Below, in pieces: positions 29,751 through 39,426 of a DNA stretch of 61,129 nt. The DNA comes from Candidatus Omnitrophota bacterium. GTDB taxonomy: Bacteria > Omnitrophota > Gorgyraeia > 2-01-FULL-45-10. Where the stretch lies: NCBI GenBank assembly GCA_903843285.1, contig CAIMPC010000026.1:1-61129 (forward strand). Reading direction: 5' to 3'. Under the pieces are notes generated by a model, which had not been told where the DNA came from, did no database searches, and worked only from the letters and a program-made list of their open reading frames with translations. The first letter of the stretch is position 1. Each line of letters starts with the position of its first letter. A program made the position numbers and the translations under genes.

Positions 29751-30974
29751 TTATATGGCTGAAGAATCCTTAATAGGCATTATACCCATCAGGCGGGCGT
29801 TCTGGATGTTGATAATATTATATTCCTGATCCTCTTTTTTTTGAGAATCGAATTTGTCCTTTGCTTCCCCATGCTGCTCATACCCGGTTTCGATCGCCTC
29901 GTCGAGTGTTGAATCACCCAGAGCTGTCGTCTCGATATAAATTATCTCCTTACCTTCGCTATCGAGACTAACCGCGATGAACATATGGTCAGGCACCTCG
30001 ACCAGACTTACGTCCAGGCCTATCTTTCGAAATATAGACGCCATCAGTACAGAGCCATCCACACAATTGGCTTGTCCGTAATTAATGCTCTCCCCTAACA
30101 GCCTCACATACTGACTGCTGATATATGGATTATCATCATCCGCGCTTGCAGTCATGGAACTGTAATGCATGCCCTGTTTCCTAAGGGTATCCCAGACCGC
30201 CTCAATCTCTGCCTTAACGTCATCTTTATCGCCCTGATAACCGGAAAACCCGCTCACTCTTCCGGCATCGATAGCTTCTTTCATTATCTTTTTTATGAAC
30301 GGGTGGTTCTCGTTTACATAGGCGGCAAAGAAATATGAAACGTCGTTTGTGTTACCTGAAGAATCGACAAAAGTGTATACGCTCTCGTTTATCGGCCGGA
30401 CCTGTACTCGAACGGATTTTTCATCGACGGGCTTATTGCCGATCGAGACCTCAAAACTGATAGTTTCTGGCACTGTCTGTTTAACGCCGAGTAATTTTTC
30501 ATAATCATATTTCAGTGTAGGGTAAACACAATATACGATATCCTTTTTTGCCAACATTCCGGTAAATACACTTGGCTTGATAAAACTGCTGCCGGATATC
30601 TCCACTTTTATGAGGCAATCGTCTTTTATACCACGAACCGTTATGCCGATTACTCCCCAAGGATCTCCCATATGCTGTTTATCCGTATCATCCCATAGTC
30701 CGGCCTTTAATGTAGCAGTGCTGACAATGACCGATGGATAGATACTTTCGCCCATCTCAAACAAAGGTTCCCATCTTCCAAGGCTCAACTCAGGGAGTTT
30801 TCGTTCCTCGGCATTATCGCTGTCTTCATTCTGCGCGCTCGCACCACCACCTGATACAGCTCCCCGGCGCACTGCATTGTCAGTGACTGCATGTGCAACA
30901 ATGACATGGCCCGCAATAATTAACAGACAGACCACGAGAATTAGTGGCGTAGACCATTCTACAGGATGCCGCAT
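29751..30974 (-). CDS. Exported protein with transglutaminase-like (Cys-His-acid) domain
   Basis: Signal peptide; ANCVDG, PDHMF and YIETT motifs. Confidence 0.7.
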   Translation of the reverse strand: MRHPVEWSTPLILVVCLLIIAGHVIVAHAVTDNAVRRGAVSGGGASAQNEDSDNAEERKLPELSLGRWEPLFEMGESIYPSVIVSTATLKAGLWDDTDKQHMGDPWGVIGITVRGIKDDCLIKVEISGSSFIKPSVFTGMLAKKDIVYCVYPTLKYDYEKLLGVKQTVPETISFEVSIGNKPVDEKSVRVQVRPINESVYTFVDSSGNTNDVSYFFAAYVNENHPFIKKIMKEAIDAGRVSGFSGYQGDKDDVKAEIEAVWDTLRKQGMHYSSMTASADDDNPYISSQYVRLLGESINYGQANCVDGSVLMASIFRKIGLDVSLVEVPDHMFIAVSLDSEGKEIIYIETTALGDSTLDEAIETGYEQHGEAKDKFDSQKKEDQEYNIINIQNARLMGIMPIKDSSAI

Positions 30975-30984
30975 GCAACCCTCT

Positions 30985-31896
30985 TTATTTGGCCTTCATA
31001 TCCTGAGTTATATCCGGTGCATTATCCTGATTTTTTTGATCCTTATTATCAACATCTTTACTCTTGACTACTTTGCTCTTATCGTCTTTGCCCTTGACCT
31101 TTTTAACTGTTTTCTGCTTTACTTCCCCGGTACCTGCTACAACCGTCTTACCCTCTGTGATATTCTGCACGACAGCTGGTGTGGTAATCGGCATTACACC
31201 CTGTTTATTTACGGCCTTCTTCACTGTGCTATTTGCGGAAGGAGGGATGACTTGTACACTATCTTTGCCCTGAGCGGCGACGGATACGCTCGGCTTAACG
31301 ATTTCCTTGCTTTGCGTGGGTACAGATTCCTTTGGCTTAATACTGCCTGAATTGCGAACATCTCTCACGACAGTCTTCCCCTTGTTCGCTCCGGTTGAAA
31401 CCCTTGTAACAATTCTCGGATTTTTATCATATACCACGGCCCTTTTTTCATAAGCTGTGGCAACGGTTGTCGTTGTAACCGGCTGTGAGCTGACCACCGG
31501 CCCTGTCTTCTCCTCATAACTCTCTTCTACGACACTTTCTTCTACATTTCCCTGATCAGTATTGTCGGTGGGAGTTTCTTCATATTGCGCTGATTCCTCT
31601 TCCGCAACGCCTGACGTGCTTTCAGTGCCCACCCCCCCGGCATCCGAAACACTCTCTTCGACAGTTCCTGTGCTAGCGTCGCTCTCTTCCGTGGTTACTG
31701 CACTCGAGTCACTCTCTTCGACAGTTCCCGCACCCGAATCACTCTCGTCCGCGACAGCACTTACACTGCCTCCGGCATCCGAGCCTGCGCTACCACCGTC
31801 ATCATCCTGAGCCATCGAAACGCCTCCGATGATCATCGAAAACCCCAGAACCATCACCAAACACAGCATCTTCATACTATCCATATTCACCTCCAT
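30985..31896 (-). CDS. Exported low-complexity protein with acidic repeats and a basic tail
   Basis: Signal peptide; roughly 10-aa repeats (SGAGTVEESD / SSAVTTEESD / ASTGTVEESV); Lys/Val-rich C-terminal half; GGAGG RBS. Confidence 0.75.
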   Translation of the reverse strand: MEVNMDSMKMLCLVMVLGFSMIIGGVSMAQDDDGGSAGSDAGGSVSAVADESDSGAGTVEESDSSAVTTEESDASTGTVEESVSDAGGVGTESTSGVAEEESAQYEETPTDNTDQGNVEESVVEESYEEKTGPVVSSQPVTTTTVATAYEKRAVVYDKNPRIVTRVSTGANKGKTVVRDVRNSGSIKPKESVPTQSKEIVKPSVSVAAQGKDSVQVIPPSANSTVKKAVNKQGVMPITTPAVVQNITEGKTVVAGTGEVKQKTVKKVKGKDDKSKVVKSKDVDNKDQKNQDNAPDITQDMKAK

Positions 31897-32051
31897 TTAT
31901 TCTGCAATTTCACTATATCTATCGCCATTTTACGCCACTACAAACAGAGTGTTCTCCCGCAAGCACAAAAATACTATCCAAAGATGAAGTATACTTGATT
32001 TATGCGCAAAAGCAAATCTGCTGGCGCGCAATAATTTTAATTTTTTACCTG

Positions 32052-33374
32052 TTAAAATAGACTGGCGAACCGATCCTTGATTTCATAAATACGCCGATCA
32101 AATATTATGTCGTTGTGGGTCACCGGCCGCTTAAGTCTTATACCGTCCAGGCGAGTGCATCTGCTTAATGCTACATATAGCTGGCCGTGAGTAAATGCGC
32201 CATATCCCAGATCTATTATGACCTTGTCAAAAGTCTGCCCCTGGCTCTTATGAATAGTTATTGCCCAGGCCAGCTTTATAGGGTATTGCGCAAAATCCCC
32301 CACTACCTCATCCTCTATTTTGTCTTCATCCTCATTATAGCTATACTCGATCTTCTGCCACTTAACGATGGGAACATTGCATATTCGCCCGTTAATATCT
32401 ACGACTATCGAATCGTCCGATAAGGCGACGACTTTCGCAAGCGTGCCATTCACCCATTGTTTGGCAGGATCATTTCTTATCAGCATTACCTGCGCGCCTT
32501 TTTTCAGTCTTAAGGATATTTCCGTCGGATATGCCGACTCTTCAAATTTCCCGGTTGCCATCGCCTCATATGTCATCTCTTTCCCGGGAAGCTTTGATAA
32601 GCGATCCTTGTTTATTGTGTTTGCCAAGCTGTTTGTAGTTGTCAGGATCACCACGGCATCTTTATTAGAAACCATAGCATCTCCTTGAACCCTATTATTT
32701 AATGTATTCAGGTCCTCTTCGGTATGCTCCCTATTCCTGACCCTATTTAATAGCTCCATGAACGAGTCATCTTTTTGTCTATATATATTCGACAACTCTA
32801 TGGACCTGATATGGCAACCGTCAAACACTTTAGCGCTGAAAAAATAAGAAGTTGCATATAGCTCTTTCAAAAGCTGTCTTGCTTCATTTTCAACCACAGG
32901 AGATAGCTGGAAAAGATCTCCGAAAAATACCATTTGAACTCCGCCAAATGGTGTCTTCATCTTACCGCGGTTAAGACGCAATGCATAATCGATGCCGTCC
33001 ATAAGGTCCGCTCTAACCATCGATACTTCGTCTATTATTACCATGTCAAGATTCCCGATCAAGTCCTTATCCTTAAGGCGTTTTATTGCGTCCTTTTGAA
33101 TAATCTTGGGAGGTAGCCTAAAAAATGAGTGGATGGTCTGACCGCCTATATTGATTGCCGCAACACCCGTCGGGGCTAACACGACTATCTTTTTACCCGT
33201 ATGGGCCTTAAAATATTTTAGCAGAGTTGATTTACCGGTACCCGCCTTACCTGTGATATAAAGACATTCCTTGGTATTCTCCATAAGATCAAAGGCTGTC
33301 TTAAATTCATCGTTGATATTTAGATGTATAGGTAGCTGGTCTGTTAGTATTGTTTGATCGGAATGGAGTCTCAT
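32052..33374 (-). CDS. Pif1/RecD-like SF1B helicase
   Basis: TGKAGTGKS, APTGVAA, IIDEVSMV, FGDLFQL, AITIHKSQG, YVALSR. Confidence 0.92.
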   Translation of the reverse strand: MRLHSDQTILTDQLPIHLNINDEFKTAFDLMENTKECLYITGKAGTGKSTLLKYFKAHTGKKIVVLAPTGVAAINIGGQTIHSFFRLPPKIIQKDAIKRLKDKDLIGNLDMVIIDEVSMVRADLMDGIDYALRLNRGKMKTPFGGVQMVFFGDLFQLSPVVENEARQLLKELYATSYFFSAKVFDGCHIRSIELSNIYRQKDDSFMELLNRVRNREHTEEDLNTLNNRVQGDAMVSNKDAVVILTTTNSLANTINKDRLSKLPGKEMTYEAMATGKFEESAYPTEISLRLKKGAQVMLIRNDPAKQWVNGTLAKVVALSDDSIVVDINGRICNVPIVKWQKIEYSYNEDEDKIEDEVVGDFAQYPIKLAWAITIHKSQGQTFDKVIIDLGYGAFTHGQLYVALSRCTRLDGIRLKRPVTHNDIIFDRRIYEIKDRFASLF

Positions 33375-34186
33375 AATATCTCTTTAATCTGGGTCCTTTT
33401 TGCGCGATGGGTGAGAATTAGATTACAATCCGTAATATTCTCTTTACGAATCCCATCTGATATCCGATTAATGAGAGTCCCTGACTCATTATGTCTTTCG
33501 CTAATATGTGCCAGAAAGACATGTTTTAGAGCTAAACTATCGGTAGAACCATTCTTAATTTTTATCAACGCTTCAGCGACAGCCTCATTGTTAAGATGCT
33601 CTCTCCAGGTTGATTGATTTGGCGATCTTTCCTGCGCTAACTCTGTATCATGGTTACATTCAATTATGAGACACTGGCAATCGTGCAACATCCTAATCAT
33701 GCTATCAATTACCTTGCTCGTATCTGTCAAAAAACCCACTTTGCGATACGAGTCCTCATGCTTATATTCTATGCAAAAGCCGAACGGCTTACCTACATAG
33801 CCGCCGCCGTGGAACGTTTTGAAGGGCATGATCTTCAACTCATTTATTATAAATGGCCTCTCCGTGTGATGTATTATTTCAAATTGATGATCTTTAACAC
33901 GATATCGTTTCTTAACGATTTGGTATGTATCATGGTGTATATAGATCGGTATATCGTAACGACCCGCTATTTTGAAAGTATTTTTACAGATATGATCTTC
34001 ATGACCATGCGTTATGACAATGCCGTTAATCTGGGATGGGTATAGTTCAATATCTCTTAGATCTTCTTCGATTTCCTCTAAGTCAATACCAGCGCAATCA
34101 ATCAAAATACCGGATTTAGCCGTCCAGATAGCGGTGCAATTACCGCTAGAACTGCTTCTAAGCACACATACTTTTAAATATGCCAC
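33371..34186 (-). CDS. MBL-fold metallo-hydrolase (YycJ/WalJ-like)
   Basis: SSSGNC, ILIDC, THGHEDH, IECNHD, HLNN, LAHISE. Confidence 0.85.
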   Translation of the reverse strand: MAYLKVCVLRSSSSGNCTAIWTAKSGILIDCAGIDLEEIEEDLRDIELYPSQINGIVITHGHEDHICKNTFKIAGRYDIPIYIHHDTYQIVKKRYRVKDHQFEIIHHTERPFIINELKIMPFKTFHGGGYVGKPFGFCIEYKHEDSYRKVGFLTDTSKVIDSMIRMLHDCQCLIIECNHDTELAQERSPNQSTWREHLNNEAVAEALIKIKNGSTDSLALKHVFLAHISERHNESGTLINRISDGIRKENITDCNLILTHRAKRTQIKEIL

Positions 34187-34425
34187 TTCTTTCTTATCCT
34201 CTTTTATGTATTATAGCACGATCGTGATAGCGCCTAAAGTACCCTTTCAATCATGTAGTAAGTACTTCTCAGGATTATGTAAATTAGTTACGACTATCCC
34301 TATGGACGTTCTCAGGTTGTCTTTAATAAAACTTGTGCTACAGGCGAACGCCGTGGTATCGACTCAACCTGCGCGGGAGAAAACATATATGATAAGCGGT
34401 GGCAAGCTATCCGAAACTGATATAT

Positions 34426-37359
34426 CTAAAATCTATACCTTAGCTCGGCGTAACCGTAATGGCCATAGTAGTCCTCTTTGAGTTCGAAGTCATAGTTGGC
34501 GGAGATGGTGATATTGCAATGGGTGATGAACGTGAGCTTTGCCCCGAAGTCGTAGCTCGACTGAGCCGGTGTGAAACCATTCGTCGTGAAAGCGCCGCCG
34601 CCCCCGGTGAATGTCGACGTCAGCTGCTGATCGTCACCGATCCAGTCATAGAGCCATTTTACCCGCAGTTCGGGGATGAGCGAGCCTTGCGTAAAGTCGA
34701 GCTGGCGCGCGAACTTGACTCCCAGGCCGGTCTGGGCTACATCGGTATCCTGCGCACTAACATTGAGACTGAGGGCACCTGCCCCTGTCTCCTCGTAGCT
34801 GTTAACGCGCAGATGCATGTACTGAAATGACACGATCGGCGTCACTGCCAGTTCTTTTATATCGAGACGGTATCCACCCCCTATGTAGCCGGTATACTGC
34901 TGGCCATTATAGGCGCCGGATGCGATCCGGTCTATGATGCCGGCTGCGACGTGGCGCGACGAATCATAGATATTGCAGGCGAATGCCGCAAGGACGTCGA
35001 TATATGCGCGTTCCCAACCATAAGTGCCGTAGAGAGCACCTTGGTAGCTGTCAACGTCGGTGCGAGCAGAAGAGTCTTTGGCCCTGACAAAATCCTGGGC
35101 AAATCCTCCCGACGCCCCTACCTTAAGCGGTTTTCGGACCGGCAGGTCAAATCCGAGGGCGGTGCCCCAGACAGTAGCGTCATAGCCATTCGAGTTGGCG
35201 CGCGGATCCTGGTGCATGTAGGTGCCGAACCCTTGCGTCCAGACCTCAGGAGTCTGCGGCACATAGTCATCGAGGTGGCTCTCCGGCCGCGACGACGGCT
35301 CAGCGAGCGCAGGGTCCTGAAAATTGTCAAGCCGTGAGACCGAAGCCATGACGAACTGGTTCATCCCCACCTGTGTAGTCTGCGGGATACTGTTATCGGT
35401 AGTCGGTATCATCGATTCGAGCGCGTCACCGATCGCCTGGCCAGAGGTCATAGAGTCGAGAGAGCTGAGGACTGTGAGTGTGTCGCCCGTAGCTGTGCCG
35501 CTCGCGGCGATGGAATTCAGAACAGCGCCGGCGGCAGCACCATTGGCGTTCGGGGCAAAGGAACTGTAGCTGTTCGCGCGTGCCGCGGTCAATACGAGGT
35601 CGCCGGTCGAGTCTGATCCGGACATAGAGAATACAGGGCTCGTCGTTGTGATCGTGCCGGGAACGGTCCCAATACCTGCCCCCGAGGCATCCATCACCTT
35701 GAAGGTCGTATTATTAGGGACGTATCCCTCTATCGCAACACTTATGGTGGTTGCCGCATTAAGCAGGGTGCCTGTGGTCGTAAGCCTGCCGAAATCGCTG
35801 GAGGAATTGGCCTGAAGCGTCAAGGCGGTGATGGTACCGTTAGTCACTGTCAATGCGGTATTTCCTATATCGAGCGTCGCAGGAGTTGCAACCGCCAATT
35901 TTATGCCACCCGTAATAACTCCCCTGTTGGTTATGGAGACTGTCCCGGCGCTGGCAGAACAATCGATAGCTGTCGTGCCGGTAATGGCCCCCGTATTGGT
36001 GATCTCAGTATTGCCGGCCAGGGCCTTCACCGCGGTATCCACGCCTGCACCCGGGCCAGTTATTGTGCCGTAATTATTTAGGATATTCTTCACGCTGCCG
36101 ATATATGGCGAAGAATGTGTATCGCCTTTAAAGAGCAGGGCTATATTTTCGCTACCAGTAACATTAAATTTTTTAATACCTGTAGCAGTCTCAATGGTCC
36201 CGTAATTGGTAACCGTATAATTTTGAGATCCGACGAGAATACCCTGGCCGCCGCTTATACTTCCGTTCGCGCCGACCGTAATAGTGTTGGGCGTGGCTGC
36301 GTCAAGGCTGGATAGCGCCTGAAAGCTCGCCCCAGCCCAAAGGCTGTTGCATGGGCCGGTAACATTAAAGCTGGCGTAACCGTTGCCATATTGTGAATTA
36401 TTCTTTGTATAAACATAGGATTGGATAGCATAAATACCGACTGTTATCACTACTCCGGATTCATCGGTGCCGGACGGGGATTTGGCTGCGGTATCGCCGG
36501 TGCCGCTTAGTAGTATAAACTCGGACATGCCCTGCACCTGGCTCAGCTTTTTGGGTGGGTCTTCAGCCTGGCCCCAATAGTAGGTATATCCCAGCTGCGA
36601 CCAGGGGAACTTTTTGGTACTGTACGTTTCATTTTCCTTGGTCGTGTAAGCCTTTTTATAATTGTCATATACATTATCTGCCGCAGCATCAGGCTCACTG
36701 GTGCAAAGCCCCGCGGCTTGTGCATCAGCAGGAATAGCGCCGCTTGTTCCGTAATCGCTGGTAGTAGTGCTGTACGAGGTGGGATCGGGCATACGCACTG
36801 GACGTAAAAGATGGATATTATCGCCGGAATTTCCGACAGTCACCGCCATTTCAAAGATGGTATCACTAGTGCCATTGTCAGGCATACCTAGGCCACGCTC
36901 TATGCCCTTGGCTACCGTGCTCGGGATCAAACCCTGACCGTCAATAAACGATGTCATATCATTTCCGGTAGTGACCCATGACTGCATCTTCATCGTCGCC
37001 AGATCCGGCCTGTAAATAACATAGTTAGTGCCTGCGGTTGCGGTACTTGACTCACCGTCATAGTACTTGCTCTCGGCAGCCGTTCTGACGATCAACTGAT
37101 TATTTAATGCAGCGCCGTAGTATCTCAAGCCATACGGGTTCGTTCCTACGGAACCGGCTTCGGATACGTTGATGATATCCCTGACCTTGTTGACGTCAGT
37201 GACAACCCAACCGTCCGGACTATCCGCATGCGCCTTGGCATTGTCCACTGAATTCTCATAGGTCTCAGTCGCGGCAAAAGCGGGAGATTCGGCAAGAAAA
37301 ATAAGGGATAAGAATAGGATGCGGAAGGATGAATATCTTACGCCATTAAAAGGTCTCAT
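34426..37359 (-). CDS. Autotransporter (type Va) protein
   Basis: Signal peptide, Thr/Gly-rich beta-helix stalk, C-terminal beta-barrel (WTQGFG...YEETGAG...LRYRF). Confidence 0.92.
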   Translation of the reverse strand: MRPFNGVRYSSFRILFLSLIFLAESPAFAATETYENSVDNAKAHADSPDGWVVTDVNKVRDIINVSEAGSVGTNPYGLRYYGAALNNQLIVRTAAESKYYDGESSTATAGTNYVIYRPDLATMKMQSWVTTGNDMTSFIDGQGLIPSTVAKGIERGLGMPDNGTSDTIFEMAVTVGNSGDNIHLLRPVRMPDPTSYSTTTSDYGTSGAIPADAQAAGLCTSEPDAAADNVYDNYKKAYTTKENETYSTKKFPWSQLGYTYYWGQAEDPPKKLSQVQGMSEFILLSGTGDTAAKSPSGTDESGVVITVGIYAIQSYVYTKNNSQYGNGYASFNVTGPCNSLWAGASFQALSSLDAATPNTITVGANGSISGGQGILVGSQNYTVTNYGTIETATGIKKFNVTGSENIALLFKGDTHSSPYIGSVKNILNNYGTITGPGAGVDTAVKALAGNTEITNTGAITGTTAIDCSASAGTVSITNRGVITGGIKLAVATPATLDIGNTALTVTNGTITALTLQANSSSDFGRLTTTGTLLNAATTISVAIEGYVPNNTTFKVMDASGAGIGTVPGTITTTSPVFSMSGSDSTGDLVLTAARANSYSSFAPNANGAAAGAVLNSIAASGTATGDTLTVLSSLDSMTSGQAIGDALESMIPTTDNSIPQTTQVGMNQFVMASVSRLDNFQDPALAEPSSRPESHLDDYVPQTPEVWTQGFGTYMHQDPRANSNGYDATVWGTALGFDLPVRKPLKVGASGGFAQDFVRAKDSSARTDVDSYQGALYGTYGWERAYIDVLAAFACNIYDSSRHVAAGIIDRIASGAYNGQQYTGYIGGGYRLDIKELAVTPIVSFQYMHLRVNSYEETGAGALSLNVSAQDTDVAQTGLGVKFARQLDFTQGSLIPELRVKWLYDWIGDDQQLTSTFTGGGGAFTTNGFTPAQSSYDFGAKLTFITHCNITISANYDFELKEDYYGHYGYAELRYRF

Positions 37360-37374
37360 ATGTATCTTGGGCTA

Positions 37375-37403
37375 AGTATACCTCGCACTGCTTCTTTGTG
37401 CAA
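37375..37403 (-). promoter_or_regulatory. Sigma70-type promoter of the autotransporter gene
   Basis: TTGCAC-N17-TATACT on the minus strand. Confidence 0.5.
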
Positions 37404-37425
37404 ATTTTTTCAGAAATCATAGAAA

Positions 37426-37457
37426 AAGCCCTCATCAGTACATTCTAACGAGGGCTT
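37426..37457 (-). terminator. Hairpin/terminator next to conserved element A
   Basis: AAGCCCTC/GAGGGCTT stem followed by TTTTTC on the minus strand. Confidence 0.5.
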
Positions 37458-37480
37458 CGATGCTATCTACCTATTTGTTT

Positions 37481-37555
37481 CCAGGTAAAATAAGTGGTGA
37501 GGGGCTTAACACTATCTTATAAACTCCTATCTTGTGCTTACAAAATGTCCGGTAA
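37481..37555. repeat. Conserved non-coding element, copy A (direct-repeat homolog of 60029-60105)
   Basis: CC(A/T)GGT..ATAAGTGGTGAGGGG..TTA..CTATC...CCTATCT...AA.ATGTCC is shared between the copies. Confidence 0.7.
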
Positions 37556-37648
37556 TTTTTGAATGGAAATCCTTTAACTTATTACTTCATATATAGATAC
37601 GAATGTCCGCCTTTCCTGACCCGGACTTAATCTTATATGGCTTTCACC

Positions 37649-37720
37649 TTATTTATCCTGCGAGAATATTACCACCGTGTATGGACCGATACTGGCTTTG
37701 CCAGAACAAGGTAGCCCATC
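37649..37720 (-). pseudogene. C-terminal remnant resembling a GH13 alpha-amylase/branching enzyme
   Basis: DGLPCSGKASIGPYTVVIFSQDK* resembles the terminal strand of alpha-amylase C-domains; there is no start and no catalytic domain. Confidence 0.45.
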
Positions 37721-38999
37721 AATTTTTTGGGCCATCATCCTCTGCCTCATATCCAGGTGGTGTCTTATGCCACTTATATCCGCTGATCGCGTCATCATAT
37801 CCGCGATTAAATAGTCTGCGCATCTCTTTTTTGTCAAACAGCTCTTTCAGCTGAGGTTTAAAATCGGCTGGAACATAAGCCAAATTAAAATCCAGACCCC
37901 TCCTCTTCGCATTAGCATAGAGCCTGTAGATATCCCCGCTATTCTCCGATGCCACTACCGTGTCAATAGCGCGTACGCTTATAGCTACCAAACTCTTTTT
38001 TACCTGTTGCCTAATAGGTGACATAGAACAGTTACTTAAGATATATATTTGCGGCCTGTATTTGGAGGGGTCTATACCTAAGATCTTAGCCGCACCTTCC
38101 ATATTTTTTGTTAAACGGTCAATGTAGAAGACGCCTCTCATAGTACCGGCGTCGACATGCATCTCATCATAAATATCACCGGACGCGGAAACGACTTTAA
38201 AATATACCGGAGGAAACGTCATTGGCAGCGAGTTTGAAGCCAGAATTATTTTACGGAACATCTTCACCGAATCAGGGCCGCCCTTACACGCAACAGCCCC
38301 CATGTCCCAAACAACAAATTCCTGCGCGTCAAGATTTACGGTACCTATGAATAGCCTGCGGCCGCGTTTATGCTCTTTGGCCACCCTGGCTATCAAATCC
38401 TCATCGACAAATGACGCGATCTTCTTGATCAGCGGCGCGGAACTCATGAAAGAGCCTTCAGATAATATATTGAAGACGTTGTTCCGCTTCATTATATCCT
38501 TAGTCGCTAGAGTCGTAAAAAAACTCTCGAGCCTGTCATCGTAATCTCTACCTAAGAACGCATATATGGCGATGAACGCTCCGGTGCTGACGCCTGTAAT
38601 TATTTTAAAGAGCGGCCGCGAGCCCTCCTTAGACCATCCTCTTAAGAACCCTGCCCCATAAGCGCCGTTAGCCCCGGCGCCTGAAACGGCCAGCACGGGA
38701 TAAGTCTTTATGCCGAACTCGTTAGTAGGATAATCGCCGCTACCCTCTTCTTTAAATGAATCTATCAGGCTCTTCTGCATAACGACCGGATCGGGGTCAT
38801 CAATATATGAGCGGATATCCGACATGCCGCTTATAGAAACTTTTTCACCAAAGTCTATCGGAGCTGCGCACCGTGTCCGCACAATAGTACAGCTCCGTAT
38901 CGATATTAAGCTGATCGGAAGAACAATCACTAGAATACCCGCCAGCCACTTTTTACTTATGGCCCTCACGTCCCCATACCTTATTATCCTATTCCCCAT
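37719..38999 (-). CDS. Patatin-like phospholipase (copy 2)
   Basis: SGAGANGAYGAG, GVSTG, HVDAG. Confidence 0.9.
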   Translation of the reverse strand: MGNRIIRYGDVRAISKKWLAGILVIVLPISLISIRSCTIVRTRCAAPIDFGEKVSISGMSDIRSYIDDPDPVVMQKSLIDSFKEEGSGDYPTNEFGIKTYPVLAVSGAGANGAYGAGFLRGWSKEGSRPLFKIITGVSTGAFIAIYAFLGRDYDDRLESFFTTLATKDIMKRNNVFNILSEGSFMSSAPLIKKIASFVDEDLIARVAKEHKRGRRLFIGTVNLDAQEFVVWDMGAVACKGGPDSVKMFRKIILASNSLPMTFPPVYFKVVSASGDIYDEMHVDAGTMRGVFYIDRLTKNMEGAAKILGIDPSKYRPQIYILSNCSMSPIRQQVKKSLVAISVRAIDTVVASENSGDIYRLYANAKRRGLDFNLAYVPADFKPQLKELFDKKEMRRLFNRGYDDAISGYKWHKTPPGYEAEDDGPKN

Positions 39000-39020
39000 A
39001 GCATTTTTATCATTTAGCGC

Positions 39021-39395
39021 CTACTTATTCTCTCTCTTCGCCATACCTTGCTTCGCATGTGTCTCTCTCACCAACTTTTCACAAAACTCGACATCCTTGG
39101 ATACGTCGATGTTATATTTTAGGCCAAGCTCTTTTAGTTTTAAGATAGTCTTAGTTAGATATGACTCTGCATTAGCATAAAACTCCGTTGCCCTTTGGGG
39201 TTCATGCACACCGTCTCCATTCTCTATCCATAGTATTGCTTTTTTATAGAGCCCGTTTGCCTCACCAAGCTTTGGGTTATCGGTTAGTTCTTGTTTATAT
39301 TGCGGTCTCCACGCAAAACAGTCCGCGGGAGCAATCGCAGCAACAGTAAACATCGCCAGCATTGCCAAGCTACATATTACGACATATCTTTTCAT
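39021..39395 (-). CDS. Small exported helical hypothetical protein
   Basis: GGAGG RBS before MKRYVV (39395); signal peptide. Confidence 0.7.
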   Translation of the reverse strand: MKRYVVICSLAMLAMFTVAAIAPADCFAWRPQYKQELTDNPKLGEANGLYKKAILWIENGDGVHEPQRATEFYANAESYLTKTILKLKELGLKYNIDVSKDVEFCEKLVRETHAKQGMAKRENK

Positions 39396-39426
39396 CTCAT
39401 CCTCCTGGTTAGTTCGATGATATTTT

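Noticed and set aside
31560-31800. 30-bp-period repeats as a possible CRISPR array
   Set aside because: Degenerate in-frame coding repeats with no unique spacers, and no cas genes.
31949-34384. 12-bp imperfect inverted repeat (GTGTTCTCCCGC / GCGGGAGAAAAC) flanking the helicase-MBL pair
   Set aside because: Too short, with no target duplication or transposase; could be chance.
34014-34481. 155-aa plus-strand ORF, and a possible minus-strand gene fragment in the 34190-34420 gap
   Set aside because: The ORF overlaps two real genes, and neither could be assigned to a family.
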